Origin: an uncultured Gammaproteobacteria bacterium
GTDB taxonomy: Bacteria; Patescibacteriota; Patescibacteriia; Patescibacteriales; UBA12465
Length of the DNA stretch: 64,000 nt
Reading direction: 5' to 3'
Assembly (NCBI GenBank): GCA_964570655.1
Contig: CAZMYU010000003.1
Location: 34,325 to 98,324 of the forward strand
Within the stretch, counting starts at the first letter, position 1. Every line of letters begins with the position of its first letter. Positions 1 through 8,586 of this stretch are shown here, piece by piece. A program made the translations under genes and the position numbers. The notes below the pieces were generated by a model. It worked only from the letters and a program-made list of their open reading frames with translations, was not told where the DNA came from and searched no databases.

Positions 1-1777
1 GCAAAATATGGCTATCATTTTTATCAACAATCGATCGGCGCGGAACCATGAGCACATTGTCCTTGGTAGCGGTGCTAATAGTGACATTAGCAGTCATGCC
101 CTCCTTAACATCCTTGAGATAATCAGCAGTATCAGTCAGTTTTACTTTGACCTTATAATAAGTCACTCCTTGAATAATGGTTGAGGCTGGTTCAATGAAA
201 TAGACTATTCCATTAAACTTTTTGGCTTCGCCAAAAGCGTCAAAAGTAATAGTCGCCTGATTATTTAACTGCAACTTGGAAATATCTGACTCTGAGATAT
301 CGATTTCAATTTCAAAATTATTTTCAGTAATCATGCTCAACGGCAATTTGGCGCCGCTCAACTGCTCGCCAATATCATAATTAATCTTAGAAATCTGCCC
401 ATCCATTGGGGCTTTCAAAATATTGTCACTAATTTGTTTGCGAATCAAACTAAGTGCTGAATTCGCCTGATCTACTTGAGCCTGAGCCAAAGACAAATCT
501 TCACTACGCGCTGGGGTCCGCACTTTGTTTAATTGAGTTTGAGCCAAATCCAAAGACTCCCGGGCATTATCCATTTTGGCCTTAGACAAAGCAATTTGCT
601 GATTGCCACTAATTTGGGCGGTGGCTAGAGCATTCCGAGCGTTAGAAGTAGCGTCTTGCAAATTGGCCTGAGCTTGTTTCAGGGCATCGCTAGCTGAGGC
701 AACGTTGTTGCTATAAGTTAATAAAGAATTGCGAAAATTATAATCAGCAGTTTGCACGGCTGAAATAGCCACATTGACCGCGGTTAAATGAGTATTCACA
801 TTAGTCTTATAAATATCTAATTGAGCTTGCGTGAGACCAGAAGACGGCACACTATTTTCTAAAACTCCAAAAGTAGCATTAACCGTTTTATAAGTGCTAT
901 TAAGATAAGCCGAGACCGCCGAAACCGCCTGGCTATAATCGTTACCCGAAGAAGCTTGAGCCTGAGCCAAACTAGTTTGCGCTGGAGCTTTTAGGGCCAT
1001 CGCCTGAGTATAATAAACCTGGGCCGAATCTAAAGCGGCTGAGTTTTTAAAACTCAAATAATTTTTAATGCCACTATCGTTAATTATCTGATTAGTATAA
1101 TCCAAAGCCGCATTAGCCACGGCCAATTTGAAATCTAAAGTATTTAATAAATTGCTCCGATTATTATCAATATTTTGCTGATAATTGCTCCGAGTATTAT
1201 CCAGGTTGAGTTGAGCCGTCAAAACCGCTTGCTCTACAGGAACTACATTGGCGGGATCGTTTGATTCCAAATTGAATAATTTCTTTTGGGCCTGAGAAAT
1301 ATTTTCGTTCACATTGTCTTGAGTATTTTGGTAATCAATTACTGCCGAATCATAAGCACTCTGGGCCTGAGCTACCTGAGCTTCATAAACCGCCAGTTCA
1401 GCTCGAGTTGGTCCGGCTAACAATTTGTTCAAATTAGCTTGGGCGACGGTAAGCTGGGAAGCGGAATTTTTTTCAGAAATACTCAAACTACTATAATCTA
1501 ACTCCATCAGCGGTTGATCCTTTTTGACCAGATCACCAGTCTTGACCAAAATCTTACTAATCTTTCCCAGAGTTGGAAAACTTAATTCCAATTCTTTATT
1601 GGCCTTAATAGATCCGGCTTCCGAAACACTTTGGACTAAGCGTCCTTTTTTTACTTTATCGGTACTGAAGGTATCCTTAGGTTTTTTATTAGCCAAAACA
1701 AAAACCAAAACTAGAATCGCCACCAAGACCGCTCCGATAATATACCATTTCTTCCGATTTTTTGTTTTAAGTTTCAT
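1..1777 (-). CDS. HlyD-family membrane-fusion (periplasmic adaptor) protein; 3' end runs off the window start
   Basis: Not in the ORF track because there is no stop in the window. My translation from ATG 1777-1775 gives MKLKTKNRKKWYIIGAVLVAILVLVFVLANKK (basic N-terminus plus one TM). A lipoyl-like KANKELELSFPTLGKISKILVKTGDLVKKDQPLMELD follows, then a very long Q/A/N/S-rich coiled coil, then LKAPMDGQISKINYDIGEQL and ...LMVPRRSIVDKNDSHIL. No stop was seen in the stretches I translated (both ends and a mid-gene segment near nt 700-850), and the frame is open at the window edge. Confidence 0.75.
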   Translation of the reverse strand, partial: MKLKTKNRKKWYIIGAVLVAILVLVFVLANKKPKDTFSTDKVKKGRLVQSVSEAGSIKANKELELSFPTLGKISKILVKTGDLVKKDQPLMELDYSSLSISEKNSASQLTVAQANLNKLLAGPTRAELAVYEAQVAQAQSAYDSAVIDYQNTQDNVNENISQAQKKLFNLESNDPANVVPVEQAVLTAQLNLDNTRSNYQQNIDNNRSNLLNTLDFKLAVANAALDYTNQIINDSGIKNYLSFKNSAALDSAQVYYTQAMALKAPAQTSLAQAQASSGNDYSQAVSAVSAYLNSTYKTVNATFGVLENSVPSSGLTQAQLDIYKTNVNTHLTAVNVAISAVQTADYNFRNSLLTYSNNVASASDALKQAQANLQDATSNARNALATAQISGNQQIALSKAKMDNARESLDLAQTQLNKVRTPARSEDLSLAQAQVDQANSALSLIRKQISDNILKAPMDGQISKINYDIGEQLSGAKLPLSMITENNFEIEIDISESDISKLQLNNQATITFDAFGEAKKFNGIVYFIEPASTIIQGVTYYKVKVKLTDTADYLKDVKEGMTANVTISTATKDNVLMVPRRSIVDKNDSHIL

Positions 1778-1798
1778 AATTATATAATTTTACGATAA

Positions 1799-2233
1799 TT
1801 AATCTAAAATAACGTCATCGCCCTCTTCGTCAACGGCAGTTTCGTCGCTCTCCTTGTCGCCCAGAATAGTCTCAACTTTTTCCGAAAATTCATTAACATC
1901 CAAATCGCTTTTGAGAAAATAATGATTGACTCCCAATCCAGTGCTCCGATTTTTGGCATCCTCATCGCTGAGATCAGTAAAAATAACAAAAGGAATCTCG
2001 GTCATTTCCGGATCTTCTTTGATCTTTTTGACAATATCGAGTCCGTCAATTTTGGGTAATAGTAAATCCAAGACCACCGCATCGGGATTACTTTTTTTGA
2101 TTTTATCAGTAATAGTTTCTAGATCTTCATCAGCACTAGAAATCTCAGTGTCATAACCGTCAGAACTAAACTTTTCCTGCAAACCATACAAAATATTTTC
2201 GTCGTCTTCGATAATAAAAATTTTTTTGGACAT
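1799..2233 (-). CDS. Stand-alone response-regulator receiver domain (CheY-like)
   Basis: 144 aa. IFIIEDD acidic pocket and phospho-acceptor Asp in AVVLDLLLPKIDG. No output domain, acidic C-terminal tail. Confidence 0.8.
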   Translation of the reverse strand: MSKKIFIIEDDENILYGLQEKFSSDGYDTEISSADEDLETITDKIKKSNPDAVVLDLLLPKIDGLDIVKKIKEDPEMTEIPFVIFTDLSDEDAKNRSTGLGVNHYFLKSDLDVNEFSEKVETILGDKESDETAVDEEGDDVILD

Positions 2234-2258
2234 AAAATTATATTTAAATATTTAAAAA

Positions 2259-2588
2259 TTAATTATTCGATTTTCTAGGGATAATATGGACATGAATATG
2301 CGGAATAATTTGACCAGCCGACTCGCCACAATTGATATTAATATTATAGCCATCGGCTCCAAAGCGCTGTTTGGCTAATTCTCCTTGTTGTTTTACTATT
2401 TTCATTAAATAGGCCAGCTCATCATCGGGGGTCTCTCCAAAATCAGCAAAATGTTTCTTGGTAATAGCCAGGGCATGTCCAGGAGCTTTTGGTTTGATAT
2501 CTAAAAAAGCCAAAACCCGATCATCTTCGTAGATCTTGTTAGCGGGAATCTCATTATTAACTATTTGGCAAAACAAACAATCAGACAT
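2259..2588 (-). CDS. HIT (histidine triad) family nucleotide hydrolase
   Basis: 109 aa with HIHVHIIPR histidine-triad motif near the C-terminus. Confidence 0.85.
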   Translation of the reverse strand: MSDCLFCQIVNNEIPANKIYEDDRVLAFLDIKPKAPGHALAITKKHFADFGETPDDELAYLMKIVKQQGELAKQRFGADGYNININCGESAGQIIPHIHVHIIPRKSNN

Positions 2589-2590
2589 AT

Positions 2591-3040
2591 TTAAATAATA
2601 AATTTAGAATTCGGATCATTTTCATAGCGAATCTCATCGACTTCCTCTTGCTTCCCCTCCCCCTTATACAAAGTATCGGGCATATTGATAGAAATTGCCG
2701 GAACAGCTGAAATGCATTTGTAACCATGAACAATATTAGGAGGAATAATAACACTAAGCGGATTAGATTCACCAACCACCATTTTTTCGGCCTGACCATA
2801 AGTAGCTGAATCCGGCCGATTATCCCATAAATATAATTCAAATTCACCCGGGCCAACAAAGGCAAAAAAATCACTTTGCCGTAAATGCTCATGTGGGCCT
2901 CTAACAATACCCGGCTCAGTCACGCTATAATAAGCCATTTTGGGAAGATACTTAGTCTCATCAGCTCGATATAGCTCCGCCAAATAACCACGGTCATCAA
3001 CAAATTTATTTAACTTATTAATAATTACTCCGGAAATCAT
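2591..3040 (-). CDS. RmlC-like cupin (dTDP-4-dehydrorhamnose 3,5-epimerase-related)
   Basis: 149 aa. DDRGYLAE, VRGPHEH and PPNIVHGY resemble the RmlC cupin family. Shorter than canonical RmlC, so the exact activity is uncertain. Confidence 0.6.
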   Translation of the reverse strand: MISGVIINKLNKFVDDRGYLAELYRADETKYLPKMAYYSVTEPGIVRGPHEHLRQSDFFAFVGPGEFELYLWDNRPDSATYGQAEKMVVGESNPLSVIIPPNIVHGYKCISAVPAISINMPDTLYKGEGKQEEVDEIRYENDPNSKFII

Positions 3041-4023
3041 ACTTTTAAATCTTTTTTAGTTAATAAACCATTTTGGGCTCCAATTTCAGACACTAGCGAA
3101 GCGGTGTTCAAAATTCCTAGCTTCATAGCTTTTTGAATGTCACCTTTATAAATCTGCAAACCCGCCCAAAAAGTCGAATGAAAAGCATCGCCGACACCAG
3201 TAACGTCCAATTTCTTTTTTCCTTTAATAATACTCTGATGATAAAATTTTTGACCATCATACACATCCACTCCTTTGGCTCCAGAAGTGATCACCACCAA
3301 GCGCGGACCGAATTTTTTAATAACAGTCAACAAATTTTTGATATTATTGGCCCAGGCCAGATTCTTTCCTTTCAAAGCTCCGGCGTCTTTGGCCAACTCC
3401 AAAGCCTCATCTTTGTTCAAACATAAAATATTGGTTCGAACCAGATAAGTCTTAAGGGATTTAAAAGGAGCATTGAGCTGAACATGACCAGGATTCCAAA
3501 TAATCTGTCGACTAGATTTAAATAAATTATCCAAATTATTTTTCCAGGCCGTCCCAGATAAAGAAGTAATATATAGCCACTTGGCTTTTTTCAAAATCCG
3601 ACGGTCGCTAGCAGTCACTTCCAAATCATCATTAGCCCCCCGATAAGAAAAAATCAAACGTTCTCGGTGACGATTCAAAATAACCAAAGAAAAACCGCTT
3701 AAATTTTTCTTAGAAACCCTCAGCCAAGCACCTTTGACTTTTTTGGTTTTCAAATTTTTCTTAATTTTAGCACCTCGCTCATCAGCCCCTACGCTAGTTA
3801 TAACTCCAACCTTAAATCCGAGACCAGCCAAATTAACAACCACGTTAGCGGCTCCACCACCAAAATTAAAATAAGCCTGATCAATATTAATTTTAGATCC
3901 ATCCTCAAAAGCTAAAAGTTGTTGTTTCAAAACATCCCGACGATTAGCTAAAACCACCCCCTGGTCAGTATAAAAAGCAATATCCTCCGTGGCTCCACCC
4001 ACGGCCATTAAATCGTAACTCAT
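3037..4023 (-). CDS. PfkB-family carbohydrate kinase
   Basis: 328 aa. FGGGAANV N-terminal signature and C-terminal DVTGVGDAF signature of ribokinase/PfkB kinases. Confidence 0.8.
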   Translation of the reverse strand: MSYDLMAVGGATEDIAFYTDQGVVLANRRDVLKQQLLAFEDGSKINIDQAYFNFGGGAANVVVNLAGLGFKVGVITSVGADERGAKIKKNLKTKKVKGAWLRVSKKNLSGFSLVILNRHRERLIFSYRGANDDLEVTASDRRILKKAKWLYITSLSGTAWKNNLDNLFKSSRQIIWNPGHVQLNAPFKSLKTYLVRTNILCLNKDEALELAKDAGALKGKNLAWANNIKNLLTVIKKFGPRLVVITSGAKGVDVYDGQKFYHQSIIKGKKKLDVTGVGDAFHSTFWAGLQIYKGDIQKAMKLGILNTASLVSEIGAQNGLLTKKDLKV

Positions 4024-4074
4024 AATAATATTTTTAAATAAAATTAATAAACTCTCTAAAATTATAGCATCTAA

Positions 4075-4614
4075 TCAATTCTTTTCCAAAAATACTGGCT
4101 TTAAACGATTGGTAGTCAAATTCATTATCAAGAAAAAAACAAAAATGATGACAGCGTGCAAACCAGTCTCCCAAAAAAGCCCCCACCAAAAATTCCACGA
4201 CCAAAACGGAAAATAATAAGTCTCCATGATATGAGTCAAATAAAACAACAAACAGAAAATAATATTATAAATAATAGTAGCGATGGCCGTCAGAGCGACA
4301 AAAGAATAGGCGGAACGATTGGTGAGTAGATTCCTGAGAATCAAACTAGACAAAATAGCGGTAGCTACCAAACTCAAAGTATAGATACCAAATAATTCAA
4401 AGTGGAAAATATCCAAAAACAAACCAAAAGTTAATAAAAATACCAAGGCCAGGCCCTGCTCTTTGTAAAAAAACCACAAAATCATCGCCAAAATACCAAA
4501 ATTCAAAAAATTATAAGGTGCTGACAAAAAACCAATCAGCCCCATTTGCAAAATAACCAAAATTAGCCCCAAAAAGATAGCCACCCAGGTTTTCCAATAT
4601 TTTTTGTTAGGCAT
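4075..4614 (-). CDS. mreD: Rod shape-determining protein MreD-like
   Basis: 179 aa, entirely hydrophobic multi-TM protein immediately after mreC. Called from position in the mreBCD order plus topology. Confidence 0.6.
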   Translation of the reverse strand: MPNKKYWKTWVAIFLGLILVILQMGLIGFLSAPYNFLNFGILAMILWFFYKEQGLALVFLLTFGLFLDIFHFELFGIYTLSLVATAILSSLILRNLLTNRSAYSFVALTAIATIIYNIIFCLLFYLTHIMETYYFPFWSWNFWWGLFWETGLHAVIIFVFFLIMNLTTNRLKPVFLEKN

Positions 4615-4618
4615 AAAA

Positions 4619-5419
4619 CTATTCTGGTAAAACTGCCGAAATTATTCCTAAATTATTTAAATCAGCCGTTGGTTCTAGATTGATGTTTTGCCAAATATCA
4701 TTTTCTTTATTATCAATCCGACTAATAGTGCCCAAAACTAGCCCAGCCGGCACATCCTTTTCTAATCCGGAGGTGATAATAATATCACCCGGATTAATCT
4801 TTTCAGTTTGACCAACAAAATTGACCTTAACCGTGAGCCCCAAATCTCCCTGAGAAACACCAATGGTCCGATTCTGATTCAAAATAGCTACGGCCAACTT
4901 GCAAGAATCACTAGTGAGTAAACAAATTCGCGATTCCCGATCTTTGACCTCCAAAATTTTACCGATCACCATGCGATTACTATTGATAATCGCTAGCCCC
5001 GGACGCAAACCATTTTTGGATCCCTGATCAATGATAATATTTTGATCATAACGACTAGAATCCAAAAAATTTTCTCGAGCCACTATCTTAGCCAAAACAT
5101 ATCGACGATTATCAGAGTTTGCAAAATTTAAATACTCTCTGAGCTTGGCGTTTTCCGCACTCAGCTCTTTGACCTGAGCACTCTCATCAGTTAGTTTCGC
5201 TATTTTTTCTTCTAAACTCTGGTTCCGAGCAATTAGTTCTTGCCGATCGCTTAGATTATTGGAATCAAAAGAATAAAAACTTCCTAAAATAGGATTCAGC
5301 CCCCGCACTATCAAATTTTCTAAAGGACCAAGTAGTTTCAAAAAATGTAGACCTAAAATTAGAGCCACAATTAAAAAAATTTTAATTATTTTTTTGACAG
5401 GCGAGACAGCCATGAACAT
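4619..5419 (-). CDS. mreC: Rod shape-determining protein MreC
   Basis: 266 aa. N-terminal TM, coiled coil (LEEKIAKLTDESAQVKELSAENAKLRE), beta-rich C-terminal domain. Follows mreB. Confidence 0.8.
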   Translation of the reverse strand: MFMAVSPVKKIIKIFLIVALILGLHFLKLLGPLENLIVRGLNPILGSFYSFDSNNLSDRQELIARNQSLEEKIAKLTDESAQVKELSAENAKLREYLNFANSDNRRYVLAKIVARENFLDSSRYDQNIIIDQGSKNGLRPGLAIINSNRMVIGKILEVKDRESRICLLTSDSCKLAVAILNQNRTIGVSQGDLGLTVKVNFVGQTEKINPGDIIITSGLEKDVPAGLVLGTISRIDNKENDIWQNINLEPTADLNNLGIISAVLPE

Positions 5420-5431
5420 ACAAATTGAAGA

Positions 5432-6481
5432 TTAAAAAATCGTTGGCAAAATCTTGACCTTTTCCAATAAAGCTTCGTTGGCAAAAAGCAGCCCAGTTCC
5501 TCGACAGACAGCGGTGAGCGGATCGTCCACCACAATCACTGGAGTTTTGGTGGCCTGAGTAATCAATTTATCGAGACCATAAAGCAAGGCGCCACCTCCG
5601 GACAAGTAAATGCCCCGATCATAAATATCAGCCACTAATTCTGGCGGAGTCGCTTCTAAAGTCAATTTGATATTTTCCACCATCTTGCTAATAGTTTTAG
5701 CTAGAGCCTCTCTGACCTGGCCATCATTGATAGTAATCGCTTTAGGCAATCCATTGATCAAATCTCGGCCTCGAATTTCCATGCTCCGATTTTCGTCAAA
5801 AGGTAGAGCCGAACCAATTTGAATTTTTATTTTTTCCGCCAATTGTTCACCAATCAATAAATTAAATTCTTCCCGAATATAATCGATAATATTATTATCC
5901 AATTCATTACCAGCAATTTTCATAGATTTATAAGCCACTACCCCGCCCAAAGAAATAACCGCAATATCTGTGGTCCCGCCGCCAATATCCACGATCATGG
6001 TAGCAGTCGCATCTAAAACTGGCAGTCTGGAGCCCACCGCCGCGGCCATCACCTCGTCAACCAAAAAAACTTGCCGAGCCCCGGCTGATTTAGCCGCATC
6101 TTCCACGGCTTTTTTTTCTACCTCGGTAATATCCAAGGGGATTCCAACAATGACCCGCGGTCGAGGCATGAGTACAAAAGAATCACCATGAGCAATTTTT
6201 ATAAAATGTTTGAGCATTTTTTCGGTCACTTCAAAATCAGAAATAATCCCATCAACTAGGGGCTTAACGGTTTGGATATGCCCTGGAGTTTTGCCCAGCA
6301 TTTTCTTGGCTTCTCGGCCAATTTCTAAAATCTCAGTCGTTCTGGTATTGATAGCCACAATCGAAGGTTCATTAATAATGATTCCCTGACCTTCGACATA
6401 AACTAGAGTGTTTTTGGTACCCAAATCAACGCCCAAATCTTGAGCAAAACGACCAAATTGTTGAAAAATTTTGTTAAACAT
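5432..6481 (-). CDS. mreB: Actin-like rod shape protein MreB
   Basis: Motifs DLGTKNT, DIGGGTTD and LSGGGALL. The ORF-track start 6511 overlaps proS. ATG at 6481 (MFNKIFQQF...) lies 2 nt after the proS stop and is preferred. Confidence 0.9.
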   Translation of the reverse strand: MFNKIFQQFGRFAQDLGVDLGTKNTLVYVEGQGIIINEPSIVAINTRTTEILEIGREAKKMLGKTPGHIQTVKPLVDGIISDFEVTEKMLKHFIKIAHGDSFVLMPRPRVIVGIPLDITEVEKKAVEDAAKSAGARQVFLVDEVMAAAVGSRLPVLDATATMIVDIGGGTTDIAVISLGGVVAYKSMKIAGNELDNNIIDYIREEFNLLIGEQLAEKIKIQIGSALPFDENRSMEIRGRDLINGLPKAITINDGQVREALAKTISKMVENIKLTLEATPPELVADIYDRGIYLSGGGALLYGLDKLITQATKTPVIVVDDPLTAVCRGTGLLFANEALLEKVKILPTIF

Positions 6482-7706
6482 AAAAAATCTCGGATAACTT
6501 TTCGATATCAATCAACTCACAATCTTTAGAATTTCTCTTTTTAAATTCTATTTTGTTCTCTTTAATAGTTTTTGGACTCACCACCAGTCGATAAGGAATA
6601 CCAATTAGATCGGCTTCAGCAAATTTTTGCCCGGCACTCACGCCCTCCCGATCATCATATAAAACCTCGATCTTATCTTGAATTAATTTTTGATAAATTT
6701 CACTGGCCTCAGTATTGACCCCCAAAGAAATCAAATGGATCTTGAAAGGAGCCACTGCTTCGGGCCACAGCAGTCCCGCTTCATCATTAAACACTTCTGC
6801 TAGCGCCCCCAACAAACGACTCACCCCAATTCCATAACAGCCCATCAAAACTTCCGCAGTCTGACCCTGAGCATTTAAATAATTGAAACCAAAGGGCTTG
6901 GAATATTTATTGGCCAATTTAAAAATATTGCCAACTTCAATGGCTTTTTTAACTAGCAATTTTTTGTTGCCACAAACCGGACAACTAGATTGATCAGCAA
7001 TAATTTCTTTGTTAACCGCCATCTGACAAGCGGCACACAAATAAATATCATCTTCGCCATTGTCAGTAACAGTTTGAAACTCATGAGAATATTTAGAAAA
7101 AGTACCGCCCGAAGCATAAGTCAAATAAGTAATATCTTTTAATCCTAAACGCTCATAAATTTTATAATAAGCTTCCTGCACTTGTTGATAATAATTATCC
7201 AAATCATCCTGGGTAGCGTGAAAAGAATACATGTCTTTCATCAAAAATTCTCGACCCCGCAGCAATCCAGCCTTGGCCCTCTTTTCGTTTCTAAACTTGG
7301 TTTGAATTTGATAAACCGCTTGTGGCAATTCTTTGTAAGAAAAAACAAATTGTTGAAGTAGCGGAGTAACCACCTCTTCGTGAGTCGCGTTGAGCGCGTA
7401 TTCTTTTTTTTCAGAAGTATTTAATTTAAACAAAACATCCAAATCAGTCCAGCGACCAGTCGTCTCCCAATTAGCTTTGGGCGTGAGAGTGGGCATGAGA
7501 ATCTCTTGACCACCCACCTGATTCATTTCCTCTCGAATAATCTGGCTAATCTTATTGAGCACCCTAAGCCCCAAAGGCAAATAAGAATAAACCCCGGCCG
7601 CGACTTTATCAATAAAACCAGCCCGCTGTAAAAGTCGGGCATTTAAACTAGTCTCATCCTTGGGATAATCCTTGAGAGCTTTGGTAAATAATTGAGAGTA
7701 AAGCAT
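6474..7706 (-). CDS. proS: Prolyl-tRNA synthetase, short bacterial-type form without INS editing domain
   Basis: 410 aa. N-terminal MLYSQLFTKALKDYPKDETSLNARLLQRAGF, class II motif 2 region QTKFRNEKRAKAGLLRGREF, motif 3 GCYGIGVSRL, C-terminal anticodon-binding domain. A CAAC...CPVC four-Cys segment sits where long forms carry INS. Confidence 0.9.
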   Translation of the reverse strand: MLYSQLFTKALKDYPKDETSLNARLLQRAGFIDKVAAGVYSYLPLGLRVLNKISQIIREEMNQVGGQEILMPTLTPKANWETTGRWTDLDVLFKLNTSEKKEYALNATHEEVVTPLLQQFVFSYKELPQAVYQIQTKFRNEKRAKAGLLRGREFLMKDMYSFHATQDDLDNYYQQVQEAYYKIYERLGLKDITYLTYASGGTFSKYSHEFQTVTDNGEDDIYLCAACQMAVNKEIIADQSSCPVCGNKKLLVKKAIEVGNIFKLANKYSKPFGFNYLNAQGQTAEVLMGCYGIGVSRLLGALAEVFNDEAGLLWPEAVAPFKIHLISLGVNTEASEIYQKLIQDKIEVLYDDREGVSAGQKFAEADLIGIPYRLVVSPKTIKENKIEFKKRNSKDCELIDIEKLSEIFYV

Positions 7707-7715
7707 AAAAAATAT

Positions 7716-7795
7716 ATTGAAAGATTGAAAATTGAAAATTGAAAAATTTTTTGATTAAGTAATCTTTTAATCTTTTAATCATTCAATCTTTTAAT
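7716..7795. repeat. Inverted array of ATTGAAA(G/A) octamers (long AT-rich hairpin), copy A
   Basis: Left arm ATTGAAAGATTGAAAATTGAAAATTGAAAAA (7716-7746), 14-nt loop TTTTTTGATTAAGT, right arm AATCTTTTAATCTTTTAATCATTCAATCTTTTAAT (7761-7795). Fills the ruvA-proS spacer. Same family as 51206-51287 and 59707/60175. Confidence 0.85.
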
Positions 7796-7799
7796 TAAC

Positions 7800-8375
7800 T
7801 TACTTTTTCATCTTTTTAAGTGCGCTTCTAATCCTTTCACTAGTATCGGTCATTTCTGTTGGTAAGCCCCGCAAAGCTTCTCTGGCTTCGGTCATTGAAT
7901 AGCCTAGAGCCATTAGAGCATCAATCTCATCTCCGGAAGCCATTGATAATCCACTATCACTGGCTGGTGTAAACATTTTATTGATCTTATCTTTTAGCTC
8001 CAAAACAATTCGCTCAGCTGTCTTAGCACCAATTCCAGAAACCTTGGTCAGTAGTCTGGAATCTCCGCGCACGATGGCTTCTTTGATATCTGAACCACTG
8101 GCAATATTTAATACTCCCAAAGCTGATTTAGGACCGATCCCGGAAATAGAAATAAGTAATTCAAATAATTCCAAATCTTCCAAATTTCTAAAACCATACA
8201 AATCCAAGGCTTCCTCTCGTACATATTGATGAGTAAAAACAGCCAAATCAGATTCTAGCTTGATGTCGCTCAAAAAAGTATCTGGAGCAAAAATACCATA
8301 ACCAATATTATTGACCAGTAAAACGAAATAATTAGAGGCTTTCAGTATTACCTGCCCCTTCAAAAATGAAATCAT
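7800..8375 (-). CDS. ruvA: Holliday junction DNA helicase subunit RuvA
   Basis: 191 aa. MISFLKGQV start, two helix-hairpin-helix motifs (ISGIGPKSA, VSGIGAKTAERI), C-terminal domain III. Confidence 0.9.
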   Translation of the reverse strand: MISFLKGQVILKASNYFVLLVNNIGYGIFAPDTFLSDIKLESDLAVFTHQYVREEALDLYGFRNLEDLELFELLISISGIGPKSALGVLNIASGSDIKEAIVRGDSRLLTKVSGIGAKTAERIVLELKDKINKMFTPASDSGLSMASGDEIDALMALGYSMTEAREALRGLPTEMTDTSERIRSALKKMKK

Positions 8376-8383
8376 ATGCCTTG

Positions 8384-8412
8384 ATTATAACAACTTGAGC
8401 CACAATTTTCAA
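8384..8412 (-). promoter_or_regulatory. Candidate sigma70-type promoter of ruvA (TTGAAA-N17-TATAAT)
   Basis: Minus strand TTGAAAattgtggctcaagttgtTATAAT. The -10 ends 8 nt before the ATG, implying a near-leaderless mRNA. Confidence 0.5.
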
Positions 8413-8520
8413 CCCCACTTCGTTCCGCCAAGCCTACGGCTTCGCGGAACTTCGCGGGGCAAGGCCCCACCTCGCGCCGTGTCCTGCGTAGCTTTAGCGA
8501 AGCAGGAGGGCGAGGCCCTC
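8413..8520. repeat. GC-rich double-hairpin block between rplY terminator and ruvA promoter
   Basis: Strongly GC-rich island in AT-rich DNA. Hairpin a is gttccgccaagcctacggcttcgcggaac (8422-8450, 12 of 13 bp) with outer ccccac/gcgggg. Hairpin b is tcctgc-gtagctttagcgaa-gcagga followed by gggcgaggccctc (8482-8520). Hairpin b is related to 22285-22333. Confidence 0.7.
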
Positions 8521-8534
8521 AAAAACACTTTACC

Positions 8535-8570
8535 AAAAACGCCAATCCTGATATAAGATTGGCGTTTTTA
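8535..8570 (-). terminator. Rho-independent terminator after rplY (bidirectional shape)
   Basis: aaaaACGCCAATCctgatataaGATTGGCGTtttt. 9-bp stem flanked by an A-run and a T-run, 17 nt downstream of the L25 stop. Confidence 0.8.
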
Positions 8571-8586
8571 CCTTGATTATTGAATT

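Noticed and set aside
1524-1787. 87-aa plus-strand ORF
   Set aside because: Antisense to the N-terminal coding region of the HlyD-family gene, whose minus-strand frame is open for 1.7 kb with sensible domain order.
6482-6511. 10-codon N-terminal extension of mreB overlapping proS
   Set aside because: An ATG 2 nt after the proS stop gives MFNKIF..., consistent with tight operon packing. The extension has no support.
7716-7795. CRISPR-like array (also 51206-51287 and 59707-60209)
   Set aside because: Units are only 7-8 nt, directly abutting with no spacers, and arranged as inverted arms. No cas genes.
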